Of a stretch of DNA of 64,000 bases, positions 40,126 to 50,045 are shown piece by piece (position 1 is the stretch's first letter; every line of letters starts with the position of its first letter). The position numbers and the translations under genes were made by a program. The notes under the pieces were generated by a model. It was not told the origin of the DNA. It searched no databases and was given only the letters and a program-made list of their open reading frames with translations. The stretch comes from an uncultured Conexibacter sp. (GTDB taxonomy: Bacteria; Actinomycetota; Thermoleophilia; Solirubrobacterales; Solirubrobacteraceae), in contig CAZGJV010000010.1 in NCBI GenBank assembly GCA_964525715.1, positions 18,567 through 82,566 of the forward strand, given 5' to 3'.

Positions 40126-40398
40126 TCACATCAAGCCGCGGCGCACGTCCTCGTCGTCGAGCAGGCCATCCAGGGTGAGCTCGGCGTCGCCGCGAGCACG
40201 CCGGCGCACATTCGCCGCCTCCAGCATCTGCTCGAGATCCTCCGCCTCGCGCACCGCCTGCGTGCGGTCGTGCTCGTGCGTCGTTCTCCAGCCGAGCTGC
40301 TCGGAGCCGGTGCCCGGCGTGTTGAGGATGCCGATGACGATGAACGCAGCGAGGGCGAGTGCGATGGAGCCGAGCACGATCGCGGTGAACGCGTCCAC
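40126..40398 (-). CDS. Small hypothetical protein with an N-terminal TM helix
   Basis: Hydrophobic N-terminus, charged C-terminus (EDLEQMLEAAN.RRR.RG); TAGACT -10 upstream. Confidence 0.7.
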   Translation of the reverse strand: MDAFTAIVLGSIALALAAFIVIGILNTPGTGSEQLGWRTTHEHDRTQAVREAEDLEQMLEAANVRRRARGDAELTLDGLLDDEDVRRGLM

Positions 40399-40521
40399 GG
40401 GTCGAGTCTACCTCCGCAACTCAGGCGCGAAGCCGGTGTTCAAGCAGGCGTCCCAACACCCCTGCCGACCGGCACGCGACGGCACTCGGAGGAGCCGTCG
40501 AAGGGGTCATCCACCACATCC

Positions 40522-41532
40522 ATGCCTGCACAGGAGGATCGCTTGCGCCCTCGCATCGTCATGCTCATCGCCGTCGCGGCCGTGCTCGGTCTCGCACTGC
40601 CCACGGCGGCGTCCGCGCGGGTCCACGGACCCTTCCACCGCGGCCACCCGCCGCGCGTCGCGGCGACCGTCACGCTCGACCAGCCGAGCGGGAACCTCAC
40701 GACCGCCACGCAGATCCAGTTCACCGGCACGGTCACGCCGGCGAGCGCCGGCCACCGCGTCCTGCTGCAGCGCCAGGTCGGTCAGAACGGCGACCGCTGG
40801 GTCGCGGTCGACGGCGGCTTCGTGCGCGCCGACGGCAGATACACGATCGTCCACCGCTTCCGCGTGCCGGGCGACCGCACGCTGCGCACGGTGCTGCAGC
40901 CCAACCGCCACACGCTGCGCAGCCCCTCGACGCCGATCTCGATCACCGTCCAGCAGCTCCAGGTCGCCGGCTTCACGATCGGCTCCAGCGCCCAGCCGAT
41001 CGACTTCGGCGGCAGCGTCACGATCTCCGGCACGCTCACCGGCGGCGCGAGCACGTCGGTGACGCTGTTCGCACGCGACGAGTGGCGCGGCGGCCCGCTG
41101 CACGCGATCCAGGCCGGCACCACCGACGCCAACGGCGCCTACTCGTTCACACAGAGCCCGGCGCGCAACACCGTCTACCAGGTGCGCGTCACGACGACCC
41201 CGAAGAAGCGCACCGCGCGCCTGTTCGAGGGCGTGCGCGACGTCGTCTCAATCGCGGCCAGCACGACGACGGCGAGAGTCGGCGACGTCGTCACGTTCAC
41301 CGGCACCGTCCAGCCGGCCAAGGTGGGGCACGTGATCCTGCTGCAGCGGCTCGACGGGAGCGTCTGGCAGTCGATCGTCGTCGCCCGCGTCGGCGCCGGG
41401 TCGGCCTACTCGATCCCGTTCACGCTCGCCGCGAGCGGCACCGCGAAGTACCGCACCGTCGTCCCCGGTGGTCCCGTCAACCAGCGGGGCGTCTCGTCGG
41501 CCGTGCAGGTCACGGCGAACCCATCGTCGTGA
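40522..41532 (+). CDS. Secreted protein with repeated beta-sandwich (Ig-like) domains
   Basis: Signal peptide (MLIAVAAVLGLALPTAASA); internal repeat FTGTVTPASAGHRVLLQR / FTGTVQPAKVGHVILLQR; Thr/Val-rich. Start is 40522 or 40561. Confidence 0.7.
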   Translation: MPAQEDRLRPRIVMLIAVAAVLGLALPTAASARVHGPFHRGHPPRVAATVTLDQPSGNLTTATQIQFTGTVTPASAGHRVLLQRQVGQNGDRWVAVDGGFVRADGRYTIVHRFRVPGDRTLRTVLQPNRHTLRSPSTPISITVQQLQVAGFTIGSSAQPIDFGGSVTISGTLTGGASTSVTLFARDEWRGGPLHAIQAGTTDANGAYSFTQSPARNTVYQVRVTTTPKKRTARLFEGVRDVVSIAASTTTARVGDVVTFTGTVQPAKVGHVILLQRLDGSVWQSIVVARVGAGSAYSIPFTLAASGTAKYRTVVPGGPVNQRGVSSAVQVTANPSS

Positions 41533-41714
41533 GCGGACTCCGTACATCCGCCTCGCGACCGTGACCTAGTCCCAGCACGGCACTCCCGCGGCCGGCCGGC
41601 ACGCCGGCCGCGGGACGACGGCCCGCCGGCTCCCGATCGCACAGCCCCCGCGGTCGGGAGCCAGTGGCGGCCGAACCGGCGAAGCGCGGCGGCGCGCGAG
41701 ATAGCGTGCCGGGC

Positions 41715-42872
41715 ATGGACTTCGACCTGACTGACGAGCAGCGCCTGATCCGCGACACCGCGCGCGAGTTCACCGACAACGAGATCGTCCCGCGCGCTCG
41801 CGACAACGACCGCAACGCCCACTTCGATCTCGAGCTGGTGCAGAAGATGGCCGCGCAGGGCTACCTCGGCGCGATCGTCCCCCGCGAGTACGGCGGCGCC
41901 GGCCTCGACTACATCTCCTACGGCCTCGTCGTCGAGCAGATCGGCCGCGGCTGCTCCTCGATGCGCACCGTCGTCTCGGTGCAGACCTCGCTCGTCTGCT
42001 CGGCTATCCTCAAATGGGGTACGGAGGAGCAGAAGCAGGCCTACCTGCCGAAGCTGACCTGCGGCGAGTGGCTCGGCTGCTTCGGCCTGACCGAGCCCGA
42101 CACCGGCTCGGACGCAGCGAACCAGAAGACGCGCGCGAGAAAGGTCGACGGCGGCTGGTCGATCTCCGGCTCGAAGATGTTCATCTCGCAGGGCAGCCAC
42201 GCGAAGGTCGCGCTGATCTTCGCCCAGACCGACCCGCAGCTCGGCTATCGCGGCCTCGCCTGCTTCCTCGTCGACACCGACCATCCCGGCTACACGGCGC
42301 AGTCGATCCACCACAAGCTCGGGCTGCGCGGCTCCGACACGGCCGAGCTGGCGCTGGACGAGGTCGAGGTGCCCGAGGAGGCGATGCTCGGCGGGATCGG
42401 CGACGGCTTCAAGGTCGCGATGAGCGCCTTGGACTCCGGCCGCTACTCGGTCTCGTGCGGCTGCGTCGGCGTGATGCAGGGCTGCATCGACGCGTGCGTC
42501 TCCTACGCGAGAGAGCGCGAGCAGTTCGGCAAGCCGATCGGCAGCTTCCAGCTCGTGCAGGAGATGATCGCCGACATGGTCGTCGACATGGAGGCCGCGC
42601 GCGGGCTCGCGTGGCGCGCAGGAGTGCTGAAGGACCAGGGCAAGCCGTCCACGACCGAGACGTCGATCGCCAAGCTGTTCTCGACCGAGGCCGCGGTGCG
42701 GACCGCCAACACGGCGATCCAGCTCCACGGCGGCTCCGGCTACGTCGACGACCACCCAGTCGAGCGATACTTCCGCGACGTGCGCGTCACCACCCTGTAC
42801 GAGGGCACCTCGCAGATCCAGAAGCTGATCATCGGCCGCGCGGCCACGGGCATCAACGCGCTCACCGGGTGA
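41715..42872 (+). CDS. Acyl-CoA dehydrogenase
   Basis: MDFDLTDEQ, FGLTEPDTGSD, KLGLRGSDT, REQFGKPIGSFQ, IQLHGGSGY, LYEGTSQIQ. Confidence 0.96.
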   Translation: MDFDLTDEQRLIRDTAREFTDNEIVPRARDNDRNAHFDLELVQKMAAQGYLGAIVPREYGGAGLDYISYGLVVEQIGRGCSSMRTVVSVQTSLVCSAILKWGTEEQKQAYLPKLTCGEWLGCFGLTEPDTGSDAANQKTRARKVDGGWSISGSKMFISQGSHAKVALIFAQTDPQLGYRGLACFLVDTDHPGYTAQSIHHKLGLRGSDTAELALDEVEVPEEAMLGGIGDGFKVAMSALDSGRYSVSCGCVGVMQGCIDACVSYAREREQFGKPIGSFQLVQEMIADMVVDMEAARGLAWRAGVLKDQGKPSTTETSIAKLFSTEAAVRTANTAIQLHGGSGYVDDHPVERYFRDVRVTTLYEGTSQIQKLIIGRAATGINALTG

Positions 42873-44494
42873 GCGTGGGCGGGCGGGATCCGGTTCAGGT
42901 CGTCGGCGTCGTCGGCGCCGGCACGATGGGCGGCGGGATCGCCCAGCTCGCCGTGCTCGCCGGCGCGCGCACGCTGCTGCACGACCCCGTCAAGGACGCC
43001 CTCGACCGCGGCGCCGAGACGCTGCGCGCGAACCTCGCGAAGGGCGCCGAGCGCGGGCGCTGGAGCACAGAGGAGGCTGACGCGGCCGCGGCGCGTCTGG
43101 AGGTCGCGTACACGCTGGAGGCGCTTGCCCCCTGCGAGGTCGTGATCGAGGCCGCGCCCGAGCGGCTCGAGCTCAAGCGCGAGCTGTTCGGCCGCCTCGC
43201 CGCGATCGTCTCGACCGACTGCGTGCTGGCGAGCAACACCTCATCGATCCCGATCACCGCGATCGCCGGCGCCGTCGAGCACCCCGAGCGCGTCGTCGGG
43301 ATGCACTTCTTCAACCCCGCGCCGCTGATGAGACTGCTGGAGATCGTCGCGGGCGAGGACTCCGGCGAGGCGGCGCTCGCGACCGCGCGTGCGCTCGGCG
43401 ACGCGATGGGCAAGGTCGTCATCGACGCCGCCGACGGCCCGGGCTTCCTCGTCAACCGCGCGAACCGCCCGTTCGGCCTGGAGGCGCTGCGACTCGTGAC
43501 CGAGCGGCTCGCGACGGTCGAGCAGGTCGACCGCATCGCCCGCCTCGGCGGCGGCTTCCGCATGGGCCCGTTCGAGCTGATGGACCTCGTCGGCGTGGAC
43601 GTCGGCTTCGACGTGGCGAAGTCGTTCCACGAGCTGAGCTTCGGCGAGCCGCGCTGGCGTCCCTCGCCGCTGAGCGCGCGGATGGTCGCCGCCGGCCGCA
43701 CCGGCCGCAAGTCCGGCCGCGGCTTCTACGACTACCGCGACGGCCCGCACCGCCCCGACGACCAGCCCACGCCCCGGGCCGAGCTGCCGACCACCGCCGG
43801 CGGCCCGGTCGTCGTGATCGCCGGCGAGATCCCGCTCGCGCACCTGCTGCTCGAGCGCGCCGAGGAAGCCGGCTGGGACGCGCGCACACCGGCCGAGGCC
43901 GATGGCGAAGTGCCGTTCCTGATCCTCGACTGCGGCGCCGACGAGGATGACCCGCCGCTGCAGGGCGGCCCGCAGGCGATCTGCTGCCACGAGGGCTCGC
44001 TGCTCGCGCTCGACCCGGGCGGCGCGGCGGTCGGCTTCCACGCCTTGTGGCCGCTGGAGCCGGGCGGGCTCGTCGAACTGACGCGCGGGCCCGAGTCGCT
44101 CGACGCCGCCGCGAGCGCCGCCGAGCGCTTCTTCGCGACGCTCGGCCTGCACACCGAGTGGGTCGGCGACGCCCCCGGGCTCGTGCTCGGGCGGATCGTC
44201 TGCCAGCTCGTCAACGAGGCGGCGTTCGCCGTCGGCGAGGGCGTCGGCACGCCCGCCGACGTCGACGCCGGCATGGTCCACGGCCTCAACCACCCGCGCG
44301 GCCCGCTCGGCTGGGGCGACGCGATCGGGCTCGACCACGTCGTCGCGGTGCTGGACGGCCTGTTCGACGAGTACCGCGAGGAGCGCTACCGCGCCGCGCC
44401 GCTGCTGCGCCGGCTCGTGCTGTCCGGCCGCGTCGGCCGCGCGACCGGCGAGGGCTTCTTCACCTACGACGACCCCGACGAGGAGAGCGACTGA
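42869..44494 (+). CDS. 3-hydroxyacyl-CoA dehydrogenase (PaaH-like, duplicated C-terminal domain)
   Basis: GAGTMGGGIA, EAAPE, ASNTSS, GMHFFNPAP, PGFLVNR, MGPFELMD; second C-terminal repeat NHPRGP. Confidence 0.93.
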   Translation: MSVGGRDPVQVVGVVGAGTMGGGIAQLAVLAGARTLLHDPVKDALDRGAETLRANLAKGAERGRWSTEEADAAAARLEVAYTLEALAPCEVVIEAAPERLELKRELFGRLAAIVSTDCVLASNTSSIPITAIAGAVEHPERVVGMHFFNPAPLMRLLEIVAGEDSGEAALATARALGDAMGKVVIDAADGPGFLVNRANRPFGLEALRLVTERLATVEQVDRIARLGGGFRMGPFELMDLVGVDVGFDVAKSFHELSFGEPRWRPSPLSARMVAAGRTGRKSGRGFYDYRDGPHRPDDQPTPRAELPTTAGGPVVVIAGEIPLAHLLLERAEEAGWDARTPAEADGEVPFLILDCGADEDDPPLQGGPQAICCHEGSLLALDPGGAAVGFHALWPLEPGGLVELTRGPESLDAAASAAERFFATLGLHTEWVGDAPGLVLGRIVCQLVNEAAFAVGEGVGTPADVDAGMVHGLNHPRGPLGWGDAIGLDHVVAVLDGLFDEYREERYRAAPLLRRLVLSGRVGRATGEGFFTYDDPDEESD

Positions 44495-44496
44495 CG

Positions 44497-45528
44497 ATGC
44501 ACGCCGTCACCTTCCAGGCCCCCGGCGAGGTCGCGGTCGAGGAGGTCGCCGACCCGATCCTGCAGGCGCCCGACGACGTGATCGTGCGCGTCGAGGCGAG
44601 CGGCATCTGCGGCTCGGACCTGCACATCTACCACGGGCGCGTGCCGGTCGGGAAGGGCTTCACGATCGGCCACGAGTTCGTCGGGACCGTCACCGACGCG
44701 GGCGACGCCGTCGAGCGCGTGGCTGTCGGCGACCGCGTGCTCGGCACGTTCGTCACCGCCTGCGCCACCTGCACGCCGTGCATCCGCGGCGACTACCACC
44801 GCTGCTCGCACGGCCGCACGTTCGGCCACGGCCCGAACCTCGGCGACCTGCAGGGCGCTCAGGCCGAGCAGCTCCTGGTCCCGCACGCGAACCTGACGCT
44901 GCGCAGAGTCCCCGAGGGGATGTCGTCCGACGTCGCGCTGTTCGCCGGCGACGTGATGGGGACCGGCTATCACTCGGTCGCGCACGCCGGCGTGAGAGCG
45001 GGCGACACGGTCGCCGTGCTCGGCCTCGGCCCCGTCGGCCTGTGCGCGATCCAGGCCGCGAAGGCCTCCGGCGCCGCGCAGATCTTCGCGATCGACACCG
45101 TCGCCGACCGCCTCGCAATGGCCGAGCGCTTCGGCGCAACGCCGTTGCACCTCACAGAGGACGACCCCAAGAAGGCCGTCCGCGCCGCCACCGGCGGCGG
45201 CGTCGACGTCACGGTCGACGCCGTCGGCGACCCCGGCCCGCTCGCGCTGGCGGTCAGCCTCACCCGCGACGCCGGCATCGTGTCGGGGATCGGCGCCTAC
45301 GCCGGCAAGGGCGAGGTCCCCCTCGGCCTCGCCTGGCTCAAGGGCCTCCAGCTCCGCCTCGGCCTCGCCAACGTGATCGCCCACGTCGACCGCGTCCTCG
45401 CCCTCATGCAGGCCGGCATCCTCGACCCCGCCCCCCTCGTCACCCACCACATGACCCTCGCCGACGCCGCCGAGGCCTACCGCATCTACGACGCGCGCGA
45501 GGCCTTGAAGATCGTGCTGACGCCGTAG
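44497..45528 (+). CDS. Zinc-dependent alcohol dehydrogenase
   Basis: ICGSDLH, GHEFVG, structural-zinc CATCTPC...C, GLGPVGL. Confidence 0.93.
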   Translation: MHAVTFQAPGEVAVEEVADPILQAPDDVIVRVEASGICGSDLHIYHGRVPVGKGFTIGHEFVGTVTDAGDAVERVAVGDRVLGTFVTACATCTPCIRGDYHRCSHGRTFGHGPNLGDLQGAQAEQLLVPHANLTLRRVPEGMSSDVALFAGDVMGTGYHSVAHAGVRAGDTVAVLGLGPVGLCAIQAAKASGAAQIFAIDTVADRLAMAERFGATPLHLTEDDPKKAVRAATGGGVDVTVDAVGDPGPLALAVSLTRDAGIVSGIGAYAGKGEVPLGLAWLKGLQLRLGLANVIAHVDRVLALMQAGILDPAPLVTHHMTLADAAEAYRIYDAREALKIVLTP

Positions 45529-45558
45529 GCGTCTTTCGTCATCTATAGGGTCCGCCGC

Positions 45559-46623
45559 GTGGGATCGACACGGCGTGGGATCCAGCTCACCGGAGCGGTC
45601 GGGGCCGTGGCGCTCGTGCTGCTGCTGCTCGCCGATCCAGCGCTCGCGCAGGCGGCCAGAGCCGCCGCCAGACCCGCCTCCCACGAGGCGACGGAGGCCG
45701 GCCGCTGGAGCCTCGTGATCGCACTCGTCGCGCTGGGCCTCGTGGCGCCGCTGCTGCTGGCGCTGGCCGAGCTGCTCACGAGCAGAAGAGCGCAGCCGCG
45801 GCACGGGAGAGCCGCGCTGCCGTGGCACCTCATCCGCGGCGTCTTCGTCGGCCACGACAATCGCATCTCCACGAGCAAGACCGTCGCCGCGGTCTGGACG
45901 TTCAGCGTCGCGAGCGCCTTGCTGTCGCTCGTGATCGCGAAATGGATGGGTCATGGCGGCGCGCTCGCCGCGCAGGAGAGCAAAGGCCTGCAGAGCAACT
46001 ACGGCCTGCTGATCGGCGGGCCGCTGGGCGCGGCGATCCTCGCGAAGGGGGTCGTCACCTCGCAGACGCAGGACAGACCGGGCAGCAAGGCCGGCGGCAC
46101 GCCCGCGGCCTCGCAGCTCGTCGCCAACGACCAGGGCGACACCGACCTCGGGGACCTGCAATACGTGCTGTTCAACCTGGTCGCGCTGATCTTCTTCTAT
46201 GGCGAGCTTTGGGTCGCGCCGAGCGCGGGCATGCCGAACCTGCCGAACCTGCTCGTCGGCCTCACGAGCGTGTCCGCGGTCGGCTACGTCGGCAAGAAGA
46301 CGCTCCCGTCGACGACGGTCGCGATCACGAGCGTCGAACCGGCCAGAGGAGCGCCCGGCAGCATCCTCACGATCGCGGGGCCCGGCCTCGCCGCCGTCGG
46401 CGAGCCGCCGAGATCCGTCAGCTTCGACGCGACTGCTGCCGCGCCGCCCTTCCGCGTCGTCCATACCCCGAGAGGGCCCGTGACGAGAGTCACCGTGCCG
46501 ACGATGCCTCCCGCGGGCGACGTCACGCTGCGGCTGACGACGCACGCCGGCGTCGAGGTGACATGGAGAGGCTTCGAGGTCACCGAGGCAAGACCCGCCG
46601 GGCCCGCGGGCCACGGCGGCTGA
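45559..46623 (+). CDS. Hypothetical membrane protein with a C-terminal IPT/TIG-like domain
   Basis: Several TM helices (GHDNRISTSK, DLGDLQYVLFN, SAVGYVGKK), then ITSVEPARGAPGSILTIAG. Confidence 0.7.
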   Translation: MGSTRRGIQLTGAVGAVALVLLLLADPALAQAARAAARPASHEATEAGRWSLVIALVALGLVAPLLLALAELLTSRRAQPRHGRAALPWHLIRGVFVGHDNRISTSKTVAAVWTFSVASALLSLVIAKWMGHGGALAAQESKGLQSNYGLLIGGPLGAAILAKGVVTSQTQDRPGSKAGGTPAASQLVANDQGDTDLGDLQYVLFNLVALIFFYGELWVAPSAGMPNLPNLLVGLTSVSAVGYVGKKTLPSTTVAITSVEPARGAPGSILTIAGPGLAAVGEPPRSVSFDATAAAPPFRVVHTPRGPVTRVTVPTMPPAGDVTLRLTTHAGVEVTWRGFEVTEARPAGPAGHGG

Positions 46624-46627
46624 GCGC

Positions 46628-47923
46628 TCAGCGCCCGCGCCCGCCCAGCGCCGCCGGCAGCAGCTTCAAGGCCGACAGCCGCGCTCGCGGCTTCAGCTTG
46701 CCGCGCATGACCGCGTGGCCGGGGTTGATGCGCCCGCCGGCGACGTCGAGCCAGTCGTCCCAGCTCGTGCGCAGCGTCACGTCGGCCTTCGCGTCGCTGC
46801 CGCGCTCGACCGTCGGCTGGCCGCCGTTGAGCCGCAGCACCCACGGCTCGACATCGGTGAAGGCGAACTGGACCGTCAGCTTCGTGCCGTTCGTGTCGGG
46901 GAGCTGGCGGCGGACCGTGTCCATCACCAGCTCGATCGACGCGGCCTCCTTCGGCGCGCTCGCCTGTCTCTCCCCCAGCAGGCCGGCCTGCGTCAGCAGC
47001 GGCCCGCGCGTCGCCGTCTCGCGCGGCGTCAGGTCCGTCGGCACGATCGGCGGCCCGGGCAGCTCCTCCATCGGCATGCCGGCGCTGCGCAGCTTCGTCT
47101 GCAGCGACGTGACACCCTCCTCGCCGATGTCCTCAAGCGTGAAGCCGAAGACCTCGGTGTAGTTGCGATCCCAGCCGGGCGGCTGGAGCACCGCAGCGCC
47201 CCACGGGGTGACCTCGCGCAGCGTGTCGGCGACGGCGCGGCGGCAGCGCTCGTCTCTCGAGGCGACGTCGGCCAGCAGCTTCACGCCGAAGGCGATGTGG
47301 CGCTGCTCGTCGCGCGCGATCTGCGTCATCCCCTCGCGGAACGCGGGCATCAGGTTGCGGGTCTCCAGGTACGACGTGATGAAGTGCTGGCCCGGCTGCG
47401 CGAGCGTCGCCTCGATCACCATGTGGTAGAGCGTCACGGCCGCCGACAGCTTCGCCGGCGAGCGGTCCTTGCGCAGCTCGTCGGCCATCGTGTCGAGGCG
47501 GTCGAAGACCTTGCGGAAGCCCCACGTCAGCTCAGGCTTGATCGCGTTCAGCCCGCCCGCGGCGGTGCCGTCGCCGAGGCCGCAGACCTCGTGCATGAAG
47601 CGCTTGAAGAAGATCGCGTGGCGTGCCTCGTCGACCTGCTGCGTCGTGAGAAAGTACTTCTGCTCCTCGAGCGGCGCGGCGTCGATGAACGGCGACAGGT
47701 TGTCGGCGACGGCGTCCTCGCCCCAGAAGAAGAGCGCGTAGTTCCACAGCGCCGCCTTGCGCTCGAAGTCGCTCAGCTCCTCGCGCCACTGGCGCGCGTC
47801 CTCGGTGAAGTCGAGGCCCATCGCGCTCCAGTTGCCCTGCTCCCAGCGGGTGTAGAGGTCCTCGTAGGAGATCAGGTCCGCGGCGGTGCGCGGCGAGGTC
47901 GTTTGAACATCGTTCAAGCTCAT
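46628..47923 (-). CDS. R2-like ligand-binding oxidase (R2lox-type ferritin-like protein) fused to an SCP2 lipid-binding domain
   Basis: GEDAVADNL, QVDEARH, YHMVIEATLA, RDEQRHIAFG metal ligands; C-terminal SCP2-type ADVTLRTS..DW....G.INP..AVMRGKLK. Confidence 0.75.
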   Translation of the reverse strand: MSLNDVQTTSPRTAADLISYEDLYTRWEQGNWSAMGLDFTEDARQWREELSDFERKAALWNYALFFWGEDAVADNLSPFIDAAPLEEQKYFLTTQQVDEARHAIFFKRFMHEVCGLGDGTAAGGLNAIKPELTWGFRKVFDRLDTMADELRKDRSPAKLSAAVTLYHMVIEATLAQPGQHFITSYLETRNLMPAFREGMTQIARDEQRHIAFGVKLLADVASRDERCRRAVADTLREVTPWGAAVLQPPGWDRNYTEVFGFTLEDIGEEGVTSLQTKLRSAGMPMEELPGPPIVPTDLTPRETATRGPLLTQAGLLGERQASAPKEAASIELVMDTVRRQLPDTNGTKLTVQFAFTDVEPWVLRLNGGQPTVERGSDAKADVTLRTSWDDWLDVAGGRINPGHAVMRGKLKPRARLSALKLLPAALGGRGR

Positions 47924-48572
47924 GGCGAGTACGATAGACAGCGCCTTGAACGGAAGTCAAGACATAGCATCGGCCCCAGTCGCCGACCGCCGCGCGGAGC
48001 TGCTCGCGATCGGTCGCCAGCTGTTCGCCAAGCACGCCTACGACGAGCTGTCGATCGACGACGTCGCCGCCGCGGCCGGCGTCGCCAAGGGGCTCCTCTA
48101 CTACTACTTCAGAAGCAAGCGCGGCTTCTACCTCGCGACGATCCGCGCGGAGGCCGACGAGCTGCTCGAGCTCGCCCAGCCGGACCCCGCGCTGCCACCC
48201 GCCGAGCGCCTGCGCCGCACGCTCGACGCCTACCTCGCGTTCGTCGACGAGGCATCGGACCGCTTCCGCGCCCTCTACCTCGCCGGCCTCGGCTCCGATC
48301 CCGAGGTGCGCGCGATCCGCGATCGCGACCGCGCGGAGTTCCTGCGCCTGATCGCCGAGGGCGTCGCGCACCAGCCCGAGCCCTCCCCCTCGCTGCGCAC
48401 CGCGCTCGTCGGCTGGCTGAGCTTCATCGAGGGCGTCAGCCTCGACTGGCTCGACCACCGCGACCTCGGCCCCGAGCAGTTGCGCGAGCTGCTGGTCGCC
48501 GCGCTCGCCGGCTCGCTGCAGGCGGCGCTCGCCGTCGACCCGACGCTCGAGATCGACTTCAGCGTCTTCTGA
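47922..48572 (+). CDS. TetR/AcrR family transcriptional regulator (start uncertain)
   Basis: RRAELLAIGRQLF..YDELSIDDVAAAAGVAKGLLYYYF.SK helix-turn-helix. Confidence 0.9.
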   Translation: MASTIDSALNGSQDIASAPVADRRAELLAIGRQLFAKHAYDELSIDDVAAAAGVAKGLLYYYFRSKRGFYLATIRAEADELLELAQPDPALPPAERLRRTLDAYLAFVDEASDRFRALYLAGLGSDPEVRAIRDRDRAEFLRLIAEGVAHQPEPSPSLRTALVGWLSFIEGVSLDWLDHRDLGPEQLRELLVAALAGSLQAALAVDPTLEIDFSVF

Positions 48573-48599
48573 GGAGCGCCGCCGGCCGGCCGCCGGCGC

Positions 48600-49973
48600 T
48601 CATCTGCTCGTCGCGCCGCCCGCGCTCAGCAGGTCGCTCGCGCGTCTGTCGACGAACTGCGTCAGCAGCTGCTGGGAGAAGCCGAACAGCGCCGCGTAGG
48701 CGAGCAGCACCGCGGTCGAGCGGCCGCCGGCCGGTGCGACGATCAGCTCGGACTCGACCAGCAGGACCCCGATCAGCGCCGTCGCCGCACCGCCGACCGC
48801 CTTCAGCACGATCTGCGGCGCGAGCAGGTTGTAGCGCGACGGGGCCTGTTCCATTCTGCCGAGCAGGAAGGCGGTGCCGAGCAGCCCGCCGACCATCCCC
48901 ACCAGCTCGATCTCGAAGATCACGCGCGCGGGCGACGTCGTCCCATGCGTGCCGAAGCAGATCGGTCTGCTGTCCGACGAGCACAGTGGCACGACGCTTG
49001 CGTTGAGCACGTGCCAGACGCCGAGCCCCACGAGCAGCAGCGCCAGCAGGCCGCCGAGGCCGAAGAGCGTGTTGCGGAACGCGCGCAGGCTGGCGTGCCA
49101 GTCGACGTTCGAGGTGATCGCGTCCTGGTAGGCCTGGCGCAGCGTGGAGCGAGCGGGCGCTCTGTGCGCTCTGACCGCGTCGTCGAACGTCGTCTCGTAG
49201 CTGCTGAGCAGGTCGCGATCGCTCATCACCTGTCTCATCCACGAGCGCAGCTGCGGCAGCGCCGCCAGCGCCTCGGCGTCGGTCTCGATCGCCGCCAGCT
49301 CGCGCTCCGCCTGGTGGACGGACTCCCACGCGGCGGTGATCGCCTCGCCCGACGCCCACTCGCGCACGCGCCGCCACAGCCCGTGCCGGGCGGTGATCGT
49401 CGCGACCGCGTCTTCGAGCGCGCGCTGCGTCGCGGCGGCGTGCTGGGCGCGCACGGGCGCGGCCAGCGGCGGCACGGCTGCCGCGGCGGGGGGCTTGGCG
49501 GCATCCGGCGCGCTGGTCGCCGGCGAGGCGAAGCCGACGCCGCCGACCGCGCCCGCCACTCTCGCCAGCGTCAGGAAGCCGACGTCGGGGCGTCTGCGCC
49601 CGCGCCACAGCCCACGGCGCCCGGCGTCCTCTCTGCCGGCGGCGTCCTCTGCGGCGGGCGCGGGCGCCGCCGCCCGTGCAAGCGCCAGCCGCGCACCCAG
49701 GTCGCTCACGCGCAGCGCGATCTCCGTGCGCCACAGCCCGCGCATCGAGCCGGGCGGCGCGGCGGCGGCCAAGCTGGCGGCTGCGTTCGCGTCCGGCGCA
49801 GCGTCAGCGGCGTCCGGAGCGACACCCGCGACGGGAGGCGCGGCGGCACCATGAGCGGCAGGCGGCGGCACGACGGCTACGGCTCCATCCCCGGCGACGG
49901 CCGCCTCCCGGCGACGCCGCCGCCAGCGTCCGATCGTCGATTCCGCCGCCGGATGCCCTTGCTCCTGCGCCAC
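48600..49973 (-). CDS. Hypothetical membrane protein (Ala/Pro-rich N-terminus, C-terminal multi-TM domain)
   Basis: C-terminal TM segments GMVGGLLG, KAVGGAATALIGVLL, YAALFGFSQQLLTQFVD; start uncertain. Confidence 0.65.
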   Translation of the reverse strand: MAQEQGHPAAESTIGRWRRRRREAAVAGDGAVAVVPPPAAHGAAAPPVAGVAPDAADAAPDANAAASLAAAAPPGSMRGLWRTEIALRVSDLGARLALARAAAPAPAAEDAAGREDAGRRGLWRGRRRPDVGFLTLARVAGAVGGVGFASPATSAPDAAKPPAAAAVPPLAAPVRAQHAAATQRALEDAVATITARHGLWRRVREWASGEAITAAWESVHQAERELAAIETDAEALAALPQLRSWMRQVMSDRDLLSSYETTFDDAVRAHRAPARSTLRQAYQDAITSNVDWHASLRAFRNTLFGLGGLLALLLVGLGVWHVLNASVVPLCSSDSRPICFGTHGTTSPARVIFEIELVGMVGGLLGTAFLLGRMEQAPSRYNLLAPQIVLKAVGGAATALIGVLLVESELIVAPAGGRSTAVLLAYAALFGFSQQLLTQFVDRRASDLLSAGGATSR

Positions 49974-50045
49974 GCCTACTCCCTCCCTGCCGGGAAACCG
50001 CCTTGCGCGCAGCAGTATTCAAGGTCGCGCAGACGGCGACGCCGC

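Noticed and set aside
40400..40521. Possible riboswitch upstream of the secreted protein (hairpin gacggc...gccgtc)
   Set aside because: No match to a riboswitch consensus I recognise; such hairpins are common at this GC content.
46628..47923. Calling this gene ribonucleotide reductase beta (nrdB/nrdF)
   Set aside because: No alpha subunit is adjacent, the motifs are R2lox-like, and it has an SCP2-like tail.
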